Of a DNA stretch of 64,000 nucleotides, positions 1-8,709 are shown piece by piece (positions within the stretch are counted from its first letter, which is position 1; each line of letters begins with the position of its first letter). The stretch is taken from positions 1 to 64,000 of the IMG/VR virus record IMGVR_UViG_3300042311_000626, one strand, 5' to 3'. Source of the DNA: a virus (lineage: Duplodnaviria > Heunggongvirae > Uroviricota > Caudoviricetes). The notes beneath the pieces were generated by a model. That model was given only the letters and a program-made list of their open reading frames with translations, was not told where the DNA came from and did not search any database. Position numbers and translations under genes: made by a program.

Positions 1-110
1 ATTAAGAGATTAAGAGAAGAAGGAATGCCTTCCTATCAAATTAAGCATATTAATGATAACTTTGAATTTAAGTTATGGCATTTAAAAGAGGAGATAAAAA
101 ATAAAAAGTA

Positions 111-305
111 ATGGCAGGACTATTTGATATGCTTGATCACGGCATTGCCGCAGAATTAGGAGTTGATGTAGAAACATACATCAAAATAATTGATCATAAA
201 TGTACTGAAGAAGAAGCTAATTTTATTATTCTGACTATAATGGAAGAGGATCAAGGTAATTTAGAGAAAGCAAAAGAAACGTTTAATAAGTATTTGAATG
301 AATAG
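111..305 (+). CDS. hypothetical protein
   Basis: 64-aa ORF with AT-rich codon usage like its neighbours; 8-nt overlap with the thyA start suggests translational coupling. Confidence 0.4.
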   Translation: MAGLFDMLDHGIAAELGVDVETYIKIIDHKCTEEEANFIILTIMEEDQGNLEKAKETFNKYLNE

Positions 306-1350
306 TTTAGATAAACAATACATCGATCTTTTAAAAACAATACTAGAACATGGTGTTGATAAGAAAGATAGAACAGGTACAGGAACAAAATCAATCTTCG
401 GTTATACTATCAGACATAACATGAAGGATGGTTTTCCTTTACTTACAACTAAGAAAATGCCATTCAAAACAATTGTAACTGAACTGTTATGGTTTTTACA
501 AGGCAATACTAACATAAAGTACTTAGTTGATAATAGTTGTCACATCTGGGATGGTGATGCTTTTAAGAACTATGTAAACACATACAAAGGAAACTTTCCA
601 ATGGGTATGGAAGAGTTTATTGAAACTATTAAAACAAATGATGAGTTTGCTGAAAGGTGGGGTAAGTTAGGTCCAATCTATGGTAAGCAATGGAGAGATT
701 GGGGAAGTAAAAAAGAATATGGCCAAGGTGAAAGTATAATGTATGGAGGTCAAGATCAAATCCAAAATCTAATCAACGACCTCAAAACAAATCCAGACTC
801 AAGACGAATGATGGTTAATGCTTGGAATGTTGGAGAATTAGACCAAATGGTTCTTCCACCTTGTCATTATGGATTTCAAGTTTATACAAGAGAGTTGAGT
901 CACGAAGAAAGGTATAATGAATATAATATTAAATTTAAAGATAGATGTACTGCAGATTGTTACACTAAAGAAGATTTTGACAGTAAAGGAATACCAACGA
1001 GAGCAATCTCTTTAATGTGGAATCAACGTTCAGTAGATACATTCTTAGGTTTACCATTCAACATTGCTTCTTATGGATTATTATTGATGATGTTAGCAGA
1101 TGAAGTAAATATGGTTCCTGACCAATTGATTGGTAATTTAGGAGATGTTCATTTGTATTCAAATCATATTGAACAAGCAAAACAACAAATAGAAAGAGAG
1201 CCAATGAAACTTCCAACATTCGATTGTCCTGCTATGAATGAAATTCCTCATACAACATTTGATGAACTGGTATTTAGATTACAACCATGTGATTTTTACA
1301 TGGATGACTACGAATCACATCCAACAATTAAAGCACCTTTAAGCAACTAA
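298..1350 (+). CDS. thyA: thymidylate synthase (ThyA-type, folate-dependent)
   Basis: Motifs DRTGTGT, catalytic Cys in VLPPCH, NQRSVD, FLGLPFNIASY; ~35-aa in-frame insertion after QVYTRE. Confidence 0.92.
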   Translation: MNSLDKQYIDLLKTILEHGVDKKDRTGTGTKSIFGYTIRHNMKDGFPLLTTKKMPFKTIVTELLWFLQGNTNIKYLVDNSCHIWDGDAFKNYVNTYKGNFPMGMEEFIETIKTNDEFAERWGKLGPIYGKQWRDWGSKKEYGQGESIMYGGQDQIQNLINDLKTNPDSRRMMVNAWNVGELDQMVLPPCHYGFQVYTRELSHEERYNEYNIKFKDRCTADCYTKEDFDSKGIPTRAISLMWNQRSVDTFLGLPFNIASYGLLLMMLADEVNMVPDQLIGNLGDVHLYSNHIEQAKQQIEREPMKLPTFDCPAMNEIPHTTFDELVFRLQPCDFYMDDYESHPTIKAPLSN

Positions 1351-1352
1351 AT

Positions 1353-1691
1353 ATGAAATTTTTAATAGGTTTTAGTTTTGGGGTATTAGCCCAAATACTT
1401 ACATTCGTCCAATTACAAGGACAATTCAGATGGGAATGGTTTAAACAACATCCATGGACGGTTTCATTAATGGGTGTTCCATTATCATTCCTGTATATTA
1501 TGTCTGTTAAATACTTAGTTGATTATTTTGGAGGTGAATTATGGCCATCAAGATTGATGGGATTTTCTATAGGAGCTATGGTGTTTAGTTTTATGGCTTA
1601 TTCTTGGTTTAATGAACCATTTACACTTAAAACAGGTGTAAGTTTATTCTTAGCGTTTTGTATAATGATGATTCAATTATTTTGGAAATAG
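1353..1691 (+). CDS. small integral membrane protein
   Basis: 112 aa with 3-4 hydrophobic helices. Confidence 0.5.
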   Translation: MKFLIGFSFGVLAQILTFVQLQGQFRWEWFKQHPWTVSLMGVPLSFLYIMSVKYLVDYFGGELWPSRLMGFSIGAMVFSFMAYSWFNEPFTLKTGVSLFLAFCIMMIQLFWK

Positions 1692-1692
1692 T

Positions 1693-1995
1693 ATGGAAAG
1701 TAAATTAGAAACATGCCATCACTGCGGTGAACAGAAAGAAAATTGCTATCATGGATTTATAGCAATGACAATGCCACATCCTGACTGGGAAGCAAAACTT
1801 GAAAAATGGGGTAGAAAAGATTGGTGGAAAAATTTAGAACGAACAGATCTAACACCAGAACAAATGGAAGAACTAGATCATATCTGCTCTTATGATCAAG
1901 CACTAAACACAGTTGGACGAGGTGTTCAATGTGATGACTGTGGAAGGAAAGAAGCTGAATTATATGAGAAATATTATCCAAGAGTTGAAGAATAG
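1693..1995 (+). CDS. Cys/His-rich zinc-ribbon-like protein
   Basis: CHHCGEQKENCYHG ... CDDCGRKE paired Cys motifs. Confidence 0.45.
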   Translation: MESKLETCHHCGEQKENCYHGFIAMTMPHPDWEAKLEKWGRKDWWKNLERTDLTPEQMEELDHICSYDQALNTVGRGVQCDDCGRKEAELYEKYYPRVEE

Positions 1996-2001
1996 ATTTA
2001 T

Positions 2002-2028
2002 TCATTGTAATTTTACAAAAGATTTAAA
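2002..2028 (+). promoter_or_regulatory. early promoter motif, variant form (..GTAATTTTACAAAAGATTTAAA)
   Basis: Same variant recurs at 2694-2720; 10 nt upstream of ATG 2038. Confidence 0.4.
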
Positions 2029-2037
2029 GCATATAGT

Positions 2038-2130
2038 ATGAAACGAGATTATACAAAAGCAATTGTTTGGATAGGATTAGCTTTAATCACAATTGCTATA
2101 TGGACAACAATTTACAATTTAATATTTTAG
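2038..2130 (+). CDS. small membrane peptide (30 aa)
   Basis: ATG 10 nt downstream of an early-promoter variant; single TM helix; below ORF-track cutoff. Confidence 0.25.
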   Translation: MKRDYTKAIVWIGLALITIAIWTTIYNLIF

Positions 2131-2134
2131 GATT

Positions 2135-2281
2135 ATGTCGAAGGAAAAAACAACTACAAAGAAACAAAGCAAACCATTTTGGGAATTAGGATTAAACCCA
2201 ATCACAATGTGGGAACCAATTAAAGATAATTACCTTGAAATCCAGAAAAAAACTAAAAAATACGTTAAATCAGAAGAATAA
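2135..2281 (+). CDS. small Lys-rich protein (48 aa)
   Basis: ORF filling the gap to the next gene; stop overlaps next ATG (taATG). Confidence 0.25.
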   Translation: MSKEKTTTKKQSKPFWELGLNPITMWEPIKDNYLEIQKKTKKYVKSEE

Positions 2282-2481
2282 TGAATGATACAGTAAAAGA
2301 CTTATTTGATTTAAAAAATAGACAAATAAGTGAGCTTCAAGAAAAATTATCAATAGCTCAAAACAGAATAACACAGTTAGAGACTTATATATTCGAGTTA
2401 TGTGATAAGGATTGTCCTAAAGAATATAAACACGTAGTTAAACAAGAAGTATTTCAACATTTAAAACAATACAATGGATAG
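2281..2481 (+). CDS. hypothetical coiled-coil protein
   Basis: 66-aa ORF. Confidence 0.4.
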   Translation: MNDTVKDLFDLKNRQISELQEKLSIAQNRITQLETYIFELCDKDCPKEYKHVVKQEVFQHLKQYNG

Positions 2482-2686
2482 TATAGTAAGAAGCGTTATT
2501 GATAAATTTATTCAAAGAGCTGAATTTGGAAAACAAAAGTATGGAACTGATTTAGATCGTACTGATTTAGATTTAGAAGATTATTTACAACATGCATTGG
2601 AAGAACATATGGATGCTATCTTGTATTTGACTAAAGCATTAAAATTAGAAAGAGAAAGAAAAGAGCGAGAAAAGCTTGGTGAATAG
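2474..2686 (+). CDS. hypothetical protein
   Basis: 70-aa ORF, 8-nt overlap with previous. Confidence 0.4.
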   Translation: MDSIVRSVIDKFIQRAEFGKQKYGTDLDRTDLDLEDYLQHALEEHMDAILYLTKALKLERERKEREKLGE

Positions 2687-2693
2687 ATTCTCT

Positions 2694-2720
2694 CATCGTA
2701 ATTTTACAAAAGATTTAAAA
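2694..2720 (+). promoter_or_regulatory. early promoter motif, variant form
   Basis: catCGTAATTTTACAAAAGATTTAAAA, 12 nt before ATG 2732. Confidence 0.4.
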
Positions 2721-2731
2721 AAATAAAGGTT

Positions 2732-3523
2732 ATGCCAATTACAAACGAAAGAAACCCGATGACATTAGCGCAGTTAAATGCCGTATGTCCAAGTGCATTT
2801 ACAAGAGTAGCTGCACCTAATGTATCAACTAATTATACTCATATCCCAACATCACAAGTGATTGAGGATATGATTGAATTAGGATGGACACCAGTAAGTG
2901 CTCAAGAAGTAAAATCAAGAAAATTAGTAGGTTTTCAAAAACACATCATCAGATTTCAAAATCAAAACATTACGATTACTGGAACTAATAATGATAATGT
3001 ATTTCCTGAGTTATTATTAACTAATTCACACGATGGTAAAAATGCATTCCATTTAAGAGTTGGATTGTATAGAACTGTATGTTCTAATGGTCTAGTAGTT
3101 GCTGATGCTGAATTTAGCAATGTTTCAATTCGTCATATGGGTTATACATTTGAAGAATTACGTACAAAAGTTGTAAATTTAATTGAAACTTTACCAAATT
3201 TAGTAAATAAAATCAACCAATTCAGAGATATATCATTATCAGATGAACAAATGATTGAATTTGCAACACAAGCAGCAATGGCTAGATGGAACAATTCAGA
3301 TATTACTGTTAATCCAAATGAATTATTAGTAGCAGAACGTAATTTAGATATGGGTAATGATTTATGGGCTGTGTTTAATAGAGTTCAAGAAAAATTAGTA
3401 AATGGTGGGTTCAATTACAATAACGGTAGAAAAACACGTAAGGTAAGAGCATTAAAGAATTTTACAGCTGACATGCAATTTAATGGGAAATTGTGGGAAT
3501 TAGCAGAGAGTTATTTAAACTAG
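2732..3523 (+). CDS. hypothetical protein (263 aa)
   Basis: ORF preceded by early motif variant and aaaggttATG context. Confidence 0.5.
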   Translation: MPITNERNPMTLAQLNAVCPSAFTRVAAPNVSTNYTHIPTSQVIEDMIELGWTPVSAQEVKSRKLVGFQKHIIRFQNQNITITGTNNDNVFPELLLTNSHDGKNAFHLRVGLYRTVCSNGLVVADAEFSNVSIRHMGYTFEELRTKVVNLIETLPNLVNKINQFRDISLSDEQMIEFATQAAMARWNNSDITVNPNELLVAERNLDMGNDLWAVFNRVQEKLVNGGFNYNNGRKTRKVRALKNFTADMQFNGKLWELAESYLN

Positions 3524-3550
3524 TATATTTATTTTAAAAATTTAGCAACT

Positions 3551-3811
3551 ATGAACATTTACGATCAATTAGCAGACATTCATTCACAATTAACACATGA
3601 TGAAATGTGGTTATCAATCATTGAAGAATACTTTGAAGAATTCGAAGTAGAAAACATGGATGAATTAATCGATAAAACATCAACACAAGAAAATGATGGT
3701 GTTGTGTATCGTCTTATTAGAGAAGGAGAAGATTTATTAGAATTAAAAGATGACGTCGATGATTACTTCTCAGATGATGATGACGATGAAGATTACAATT
3801 ACAATTATTAA
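3551..3811 (+). CDS. acidic hypothetical protein
   Basis: 86 aa with poly-Asp tail DDDDDEDYNYNY. Confidence 0.45.
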   Translation: MNIYDQLADIHSQLTHDEMWLSIIEEYFEEFEVENMDELIDKTSTQENDGVVYRLIREGEDLLELKDDVDDYFSDDDDDEDYNYNY

Positions 3812-3826
3812 TTAAAAACAAAGGTT

Positions 3827-4435
3827 ATGAAATTTACAAGAAAAGCTGCATTTAATTATGTACAGTTGAGAGGATTACAAAAGTATGTAAAAGACACTAA
3901 AGGATTTATAGCTGGAGGGTGCTTTAAAGATTTATTTCTAGGTAAGAAACTTCGAGACGTAGATGTATTCTTCCAAAACGAAGACGACTACAACGAAGCA
4001 GTTCAAATCTATAATCATAAATGTAGTCGTAAAGATAGTAAAATAAAGAAAATTTACACTAACGACAATTGTACTGGGTATAGAAATTCTAAAACAGGAC
4101 TTAACATTGAATTAATTAAATCGATATTTGGAACACCTGAAGAAATTATAACACAATTCGACTTTACAATTGTGCAAGCGGTATACTTCAATCCACAAAC
4201 TGAGGAAGAAACACAATTCATATACCACCCAGACTTCTTCGAACACTTAACATTAAGACGATTAGTAGTTAATCCAGATATGCCTAAAGCAGTAGCTACT
4301 TTAAACAGAGCATTCAAATATGCTGGGTATGGATTTGGGTTATGTAGAGAAAGTAAGATAATATTGACACAAGCTGTTATTGAACGTGGTGTAGTTGAAG
4401 ATATTAATGGTGATCTTTATTTCGGATTTGATTAA
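3827..4435 (+). CDS. Pol-beta-superfamily nucleotidyltransferase, divergent CCA/poly(A)-polymerase head-domain paralog
   Basis: IAGGCFKDLFLGKKLRDVDVFF matches GGxVRDxxLG..DxDxxx; QFDFTIVQA is a degenerate RRDFTxNA motif. Confidence 0.5.
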   Translation: MKFTRKAAFNYVQLRGLQKYVKDTKGFIAGGCFKDLFLGKKLRDVDVFFQNEDDYNEAVQIYNHKCSRKDSKIKKIYTNDNCTGYRNSKTGLNIELIKSIFGTPEEIITQFDFTIVQAVYFNPQTEEETQFIYHPDFFEHLTLRRLVVNPDMPKAVATLNRAFKYAGYGFGLCRESKIILTQAVIERGVVEDINGDLYFGFD

Positions 4436-4460
4436 AAATATTTGGAGGGGCAAAAGCCCC

Positions 4461-4487
4461 TTCGTAATTTTATAGCATAATTAAAAA
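4461..4487 (+). promoter_or_regulatory. early promoter motif TTCGTAATTTTATAGCATAATTAAAAA
   Basis: Near-identical copy; preceded by ggggcaaaagcccc hairpin. Confidence 0.5.
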
Positions 4488-4496
4488 TAATAGGTT

Positions 4497-4793
4497 ATGA
4501 AACAGTTAGAAAAATTAGTAACACCATTAGTAATATTGTTTATATATTATTGGGCTTGTGAAGGTATGACTAAATTAATATGGAATAAAAAAGATAGTGA
4601 ACAATTTAAGGGTATGGTTAAATTCTTAGGTTTATCTTTAATTTTAGGTTCTATATTGTACATATTTGGAACGTATGCTATGTTCGGTCCTGCACCTTCA
4701 CATATGAAAATATGGTATCAATTATTCTTAGGATTTCATTTATTCTATTTAGGTTTTGGAAACTTATTAAATGTCATTTTAAAACGTAACTAA
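4497..4793 (+). CDS. small membrane protein
   Basis: 98 aa, 3 hydrophobic helices; early motif upstream. Confidence 0.45.
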   Translation: MKQLEKLVTPLVILFIYYWACEGMTKLIWNKKDSEQFKGMVKFLGLSLILGSILYIFGTYAMFGPAPSHMKIWYQLFLGFHLFYLGFGNLLNVILKRN

Positions 4794-4927
4794 CATATGT
4801 CACAAGATCTAAACAAAGAACAAATCCAAAAAGAAATTTTAGAATTAAAATTAAAAAAACCTCTTACATCTGAGGACAAAAAACGTATTCAAAAATTACA
4901 ACAATTATTAGATAAAAAATAAAAGTT

Positions 4928-5116
4928 ATGGCAGATTCAAAGTCAAGCAGCAGTGGATTAGGATTAGGAACGGTATTGTTTCTAATATTCATGGTATTAA
5001 AATTAACAAACTACATTGACTGGTCATGGTGGTGGATAACTGCTCCATTATGGATTCCAATTATAATTTTAGGAGTTGTAGGGTTAATAGCAATATTTTA
5101 TATAAAAAAGTTTTAA
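4928..5116 (+). CDS. small membrane protein
   Basis: 62 aa, 2 TM helices, Trp-rich. Confidence 0.4.
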   Translation: MADSKSSSSGLGLGTVLFLIFMVLKLTNYIDWSWWWITAPLWIPIIILGVVGLIAIFYIKKF

Positions 5117-5117
5117 A

Positions 5118-5348
5118 ATGAAAACAGTAATTAAAATTTTAGCAGGGTTAATACTAGCATTTGGGTTAATCCAATTAACCGATTTAGGTTTGTATTTAAT
5201 GAATCGACCTGACAGTTACCTATTCAACTTAGGTATCATAGTATTAGCTATAGTGGGTGTTGCGTTTGCATTCTTAGGATTATATATGATGAAAGTATTA
5301 AAACCTGAAGAAGTAAAAGAAGAAATTAAACAAGAAAAAGAAGAATAG
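5118..5348 (+). CDS. small membrane protein
   Basis: 76 aa, 2 TM helices, charged C-terminus. Confidence 0.4.
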   Translation: MKTVIKILAGLILAFGLIQLTDLGLYLMNRPDSYLFNLGIIVLAIVGVAFAFLGLYMMKVLKPEEVKEEIKQEKEE

Positions 5349-5350
5349 TT

Positions 5351-5740
5351 ATGGTAGTGTTAATTATAATAGCAATTGTAGGTTTAGTAGTTTTAGGTAT
5401 TATTGAAACCGTCACAACATGTGAATTAGGATCTCCAATCTCTGAAAAAGACATCTCAGATTATTTAGATAGAATTGAGAAAGAAAATCTTATAGAGGGA
5501 GTAACTAAAAGATGGAATGATAAGTTTGTTTTGAATGTAAGGGGGTATAGTCATAGACATACAAGTAATCCTAATATCTATCAAACCCAATACTCACTAT
5601 TATTCCCATACCACATCAGTGATGTAGGAGTGATTCCAGTATGGAGTAAATCTTATACAAGACTTAGAACTATATTTAAAGAGAATATCGAAAACTCTTC
5701 ATATAAAACAGATAAAAGAAAAAAATTAGGACTAGATTAA
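5351..5740 (+). CDS. membrane-anchored hypothetical protein
   Basis: N-terminal TM helix; 129 aa. Confidence 0.4.
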   Translation: MVVLIIIAIVGLVVLGIIETVTTCELGSPISEKDISDYLDRIEKENLIEGVTKRWNDKFVLNVRGYSHRHTSNPNIYQTQYSLLFPYHISDVGVIPVWSKSYTRLRTIFKENIENSSYKTDKRKKLGLD

Positions 5741-5782
5741 AACAAAAACACTTAATTATAAATCAAATTTAAAAACCAAGTT

Positions 5783-6610
5783 ATGAACAGAATTTTAGTA
5801 GCATTAGGATTAATCCTAACAATTTTCGCAATTACAATGTCATGTGAAAACATCGACTCAGGAAACATCGGTATCAAAGTAAACAAGTTTGGTACAGGAC
5901 GAGGAGTAAGTGGGGTTACAGAGTGTACCGGAACAGTATTTTACAATCCGATCACAACAAACATTTATGAATTTCCAATCAACATCAGACATAAAGAGTA
6001 CACAGACGAAGGATCGTTTGTAGTAAACTCTAAAGACGGATCAGAATTTCATGTTAGCCCAATTGTCAACTATAGAATTAATCCTGACAAAGCAACACAA
6101 ATCTTTGCAAAATATAGAAAAGACTTAGATGGTATTGAGAATGGATTCTTAAAGACAGCTGTAACAGAAGCATTTAGAATTGTTACAAATAGTTATACTG
6201 CTGATCAATTAATTTCAAGTAGAGAATCTTTTGATAATAAAGTAAAAGCCACATTAAGAAAACAATTAGAACCTGAAGGATTTGTATTAGATCAGTTTAC
6301 AACTAATTTAGAATATCCAACATCATTTAAGAACGCTATTAACGCTAAAAACAATGCCGTACAAAAAGCATTAATGGCTGAAAATAGAGTTAAACAAGCA
6401 GAAGCTGAAGCTAAAATTAAAGTAGCAACCGCTGAAGGAGATGCTCAAGCGACACTTACAAGAGCGAAAGCTGAAGCTGAAGCAAATGCTTTAAAACAAA
6501 GAACATTAACACCTCTATTAATTCAACAACAATGGATTGAAAAATGGAGAGGAAATGTACCTACAACAACGTTAGGTTCAGGTACAAATGTGATGTATGG
6601 TTTAAAATAA
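5783..6610 (+). CDS. SPFH/band-7 (prohibitin/HflK-C-like) domain lipoprotein
   Basis: Signal plus lipobox (ILTIFAITMSC); SPFH-type core followed by Ala/Glu/Lys coiled-coil (AEAEAKIKVATAEGDAQATLTRAKAEAEANALKQ). Confidence 0.75.
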   Translation: MNRILVALGLILTIFAITMSCENIDSGNIGIKVNKFGTGRGVSGVTECTGTVFYNPITTNIYEFPINIRHKEYTDEGSFVVNSKDGSEFHVSPIVNYRINPDKATQIFAKYRKDLDGIENGFLKTAVTEAFRIVTNSYTADQLISSRESFDNKVKATLRKQLEPEGFVLDQFTTNLEYPTSFKNAINAKNNAVQKALMAENRVKQAEAEAKIKVATAEGDAQATLTRAKAEAEANALKQRTLTPLLIQQQWIEKWRGNVPTTTLGSGTNVMYGLK

Positions 6611-6635
6611 AAAATAATAAAAAACATTTGATTAA

Positions 6636-6661
6636 AGGCTTGCTAACGCGAGCCTTTTTTC
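6636..6661 (+). terminator. rho-independent terminator
   Basis: aggcttgctaacgcgagcc hairpin plus T6. Confidence 0.5.
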
Positions 6662-6687
6662 GTATCTTTATAGCATAGTTTAAAAAA
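6659..6687 (+). promoter_or_regulatory. early promoter motif TTCGTATCTTTATAGCATAGTTTAAAAAA
   Basis: Abuts T-run of terminator 6636-6661; 9 nt before ATG 6696. Confidence 0.5.
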
Positions 6688-6695
6688 TAAAGGTT

Positions 6696-7079
6696 ATGGA
6701 TAAACACACATTACTACAGAAGATCAAATCAGGTAATTACAATCAGCAACAGCTACTAAGTTGGGTAGGATGCTTACCAGGGACTTCAGCAAGTAGAAAG
6801 CCTAAGTTTACTAAAGTAGGAGACATTTATATGCATCCTATATTTCAACATCCATATCTTATCTTGGATAAAAGAGATGGATATTACATCTGCGGATTGA
6901 TTACAAGTGAGAGTAGCTGTCCTGAGATATTAGAAGCATGCAGATCCAGGTTCATGGAAGGGTATATTACAAAGACATTATTTACAGCAAGTGAAATCTC
7001 AGGTAGTTTTATAAACAACTACGACAATACAAGACACTTGAAGAAAGTATTAGTTAAATTAAGAGAAACATTAAAATAG
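6696..7079 (+). CDS. MazF/PemK-like (CcdB/MazF-fold) endoribonuclease-toxin-like protein
   Basis: VGDIYMHPIFQHPYLILD...YICGLITSES parallels PemK/MazF GDIWxVxxxP...RPxLVL...xVxPxTS. Confidence 0.4.
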   Translation: MDKHTLLQKIKSGNYNQQQLLSWVGCLPGTSASRKPKFTKVGDIYMHPIFQHPYLILDKRDGYYICGLITSESSCPEILEACRSRFMEGYITKTLFTASEISGSFINNYDNTRHLKKVLVKLRETLK

Positions 7080-7084
7080 AAGTT

Positions 7085-7318
7085 ATGATAGAGAGAATAG
7101 CAACAGCAATTACAGCCATTATTTTTTTAGGATCTTTAGTAGTAGGGCTTATAACAAGTACTATAGATCTAATCTCAGTAGCTCTTACAGGAAATAGTTT
7201 AACAGGAATACCTATAGAGTTCTTTTTACTTTTAATCGTATGTACACCTCCAATAGCATTAATTACAATCTATTCAGGAGTAGTATTAGATAAAATATTT
7301 AACTTAGAAAATAAATAA
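7085..7318 (+). CDS. small membrane protein
   Basis: 77 aa, 2 TM helices; immediately after the MazF-like gene. Confidence 0.4.
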   Translation: MIERIATAITAIIFLGSLVVGLITSTIDLISVALTGNSLTGIPIEFFLLLIVCTPPIALITIYSGVVLDKIFNLENK

Positions 7319-7321
7319 ATT

Positions 7322-8056
7322 ATGCCAAAAATATTTAAAGTAGGAGGATGCGTCAGAGATGGACTCCTAGGAGTAAAAACAAAAGATATCGACTTCACAT
7401 TTGTATTAGATGATCTAAACAAGACAGTTGAAGAAGGATTCAAAGAGATGGAGCAATGGATGATAGATCAAGGATTTACAATCTTCCTATCCGTTCCAGA
7501 GATGTTTACAATCAGAGCTAAATTTCCAAGTGATCATAAATTTGCTAAATTGGATGCAGACTTTGTAATGGCTAGAAAGGAAGTTAGTTATATTGAAGGA
7601 ACAAGACGTCCAATACTAGAATTAGGAACATTGGGAGATGATTTAGTTCGTAGAGACTTTACAGTCAATGCTATGGCTGAAGATGAGGATGGTAATTTAA
7701 TTGATTTGTTTGACGGTATATGGGCTTTAGAAAGTAAGATGCTTCTCACACCTCTTGAACCAACACAAACGTTTCTAGATGATCCTTTAAGAATGATAAG
7801 AGCACTTAGATTTTCAATCACTAAAGGATTTACAATAGCACCTAAGGTTTGGGCAGCGATGTTTATTCCGACTCTAATTGATAAACTACAACAAGTAGTA
7901 AGTGGTGAGAGAATAAGAGAAGAAATTATAAAGATGATGAAAGTAGATACTGTAGCAACTCTACGATTATTAGCTGAAATTGATAAAATAGAACCTAAAT
8001 TCCTAGAAGCTGTATTTAGTGACGGAATGTGGTTAAAACCAACATTTGAACAATAA
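7322..8056 (+). CDS. CCA tRNA nucleotidyltransferase / poly(A) polymerase family protein (head domain, 244 aa)
   Basis: VGGCVRDGLLGVKTKDIDFTF (GGxVRD...DxD) and RRDFTVNAMA signature motifs. Confidence 0.75.
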   Translation: MPKIFKVGGCVRDGLLGVKTKDIDFTFVLDDLNKTVEEGFKEMEQWMIDQGFTIFLSVPEMFTIRAKFPSDHKFAKLDADFVMARKEVSYIEGTRRPILELGTLGDDLVRRDFTVNAMAEDEDGNLIDLFDGIWALESKMLLTPLEPTQTFLDDPLRMIRALRFSITKGFTIAPKVWAAMFIPTLIDKLQQVVSGERIREEIIKMMKVDTVATLRLLAEIDKIEPKFLEAVFSDGMWLKPTFEQ

Positions 8057-8663
8057 AGTTATGATAAATAATATAGAATTGATTAAGCCATTGCTTAATT
8101 TTGAAAATGAAGGTGACTTTTACATGTTATACGTTTTAAAACGTAAAAAAGATCAACCTGAAGGTGAAAGAGATAATCATCAATCAGTAAGAACACTTCG
8201 TTCATATTGTATCAATTCAATTGAACAATTAGAAAAGAAGTATGACGAGATACAATTGTTATGTGAGACATTTAAAGCAAGAGCTTATATTCACGTTCAA
8301 AAACAAAACCATAAAGATGTTTCTCTAAATATGATGGTTGCTTTAGCACAACGTATACAAGACGGAAACCACCAACAACAATCATTATTTGATTCAGTTG
8401 TAGGTCAATTAAAGACTTATGAAAAGAGATGGATTGTTGATATTGATACTCAAGATGTTGAAGAATTAGTTGAGGTTGCTGAATTTATCTATAATCTTAG
8501 ACCAATTGGACATAAAGTTATAACTACAATTCCAACCAAAAACGGGTTTCATCTGATAACCGAACGATTTGATGTTTTATCTTTTAAAAATAGATATTCA
8601 GATATTGACATTCAAAAGAAAAATCCAACACTACTTTATTTACCAAATAGTTTGGATGATTAA
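8046..8663 (+). CDS. hypothetical protein (205 aa)
   Basis: ORF between nucleotidyltransferase and ligase. Confidence 0.45.
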   Translation: MNNKVMINNIELIKPLLNFENEGDFYMLYVLKRKKDQPEGERDNHQSVRTLRSYCINSIEQLEKKYDEIQLLCETFKARAYIHVQKQNHKDVSLNMMVALAQRIQDGNHQQQSLFDSVVGQLKTYEKRWIVDIDTQDVEELVEVAEFIYNLRPIGHKVITTIPTKNGFHLITERFDVLSFKNRYSDIDIQKKNPTLLYLPNSLDD

Positions 8664-8670
8664 ATTACCA

Positions 8671-8697
8671 TTCGTAATTTTATAGCATAATTTAAAA
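8671..8697 (+). promoter_or_regulatory. early promoter motif TTCGTAATTTTATAGCATAATTTAAAA
   Basis: Consensus copy upstream of ligase gene. Confidence 0.5.
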
Positions 8698-8709
8698 CAA
8701 ATAAAAGTT

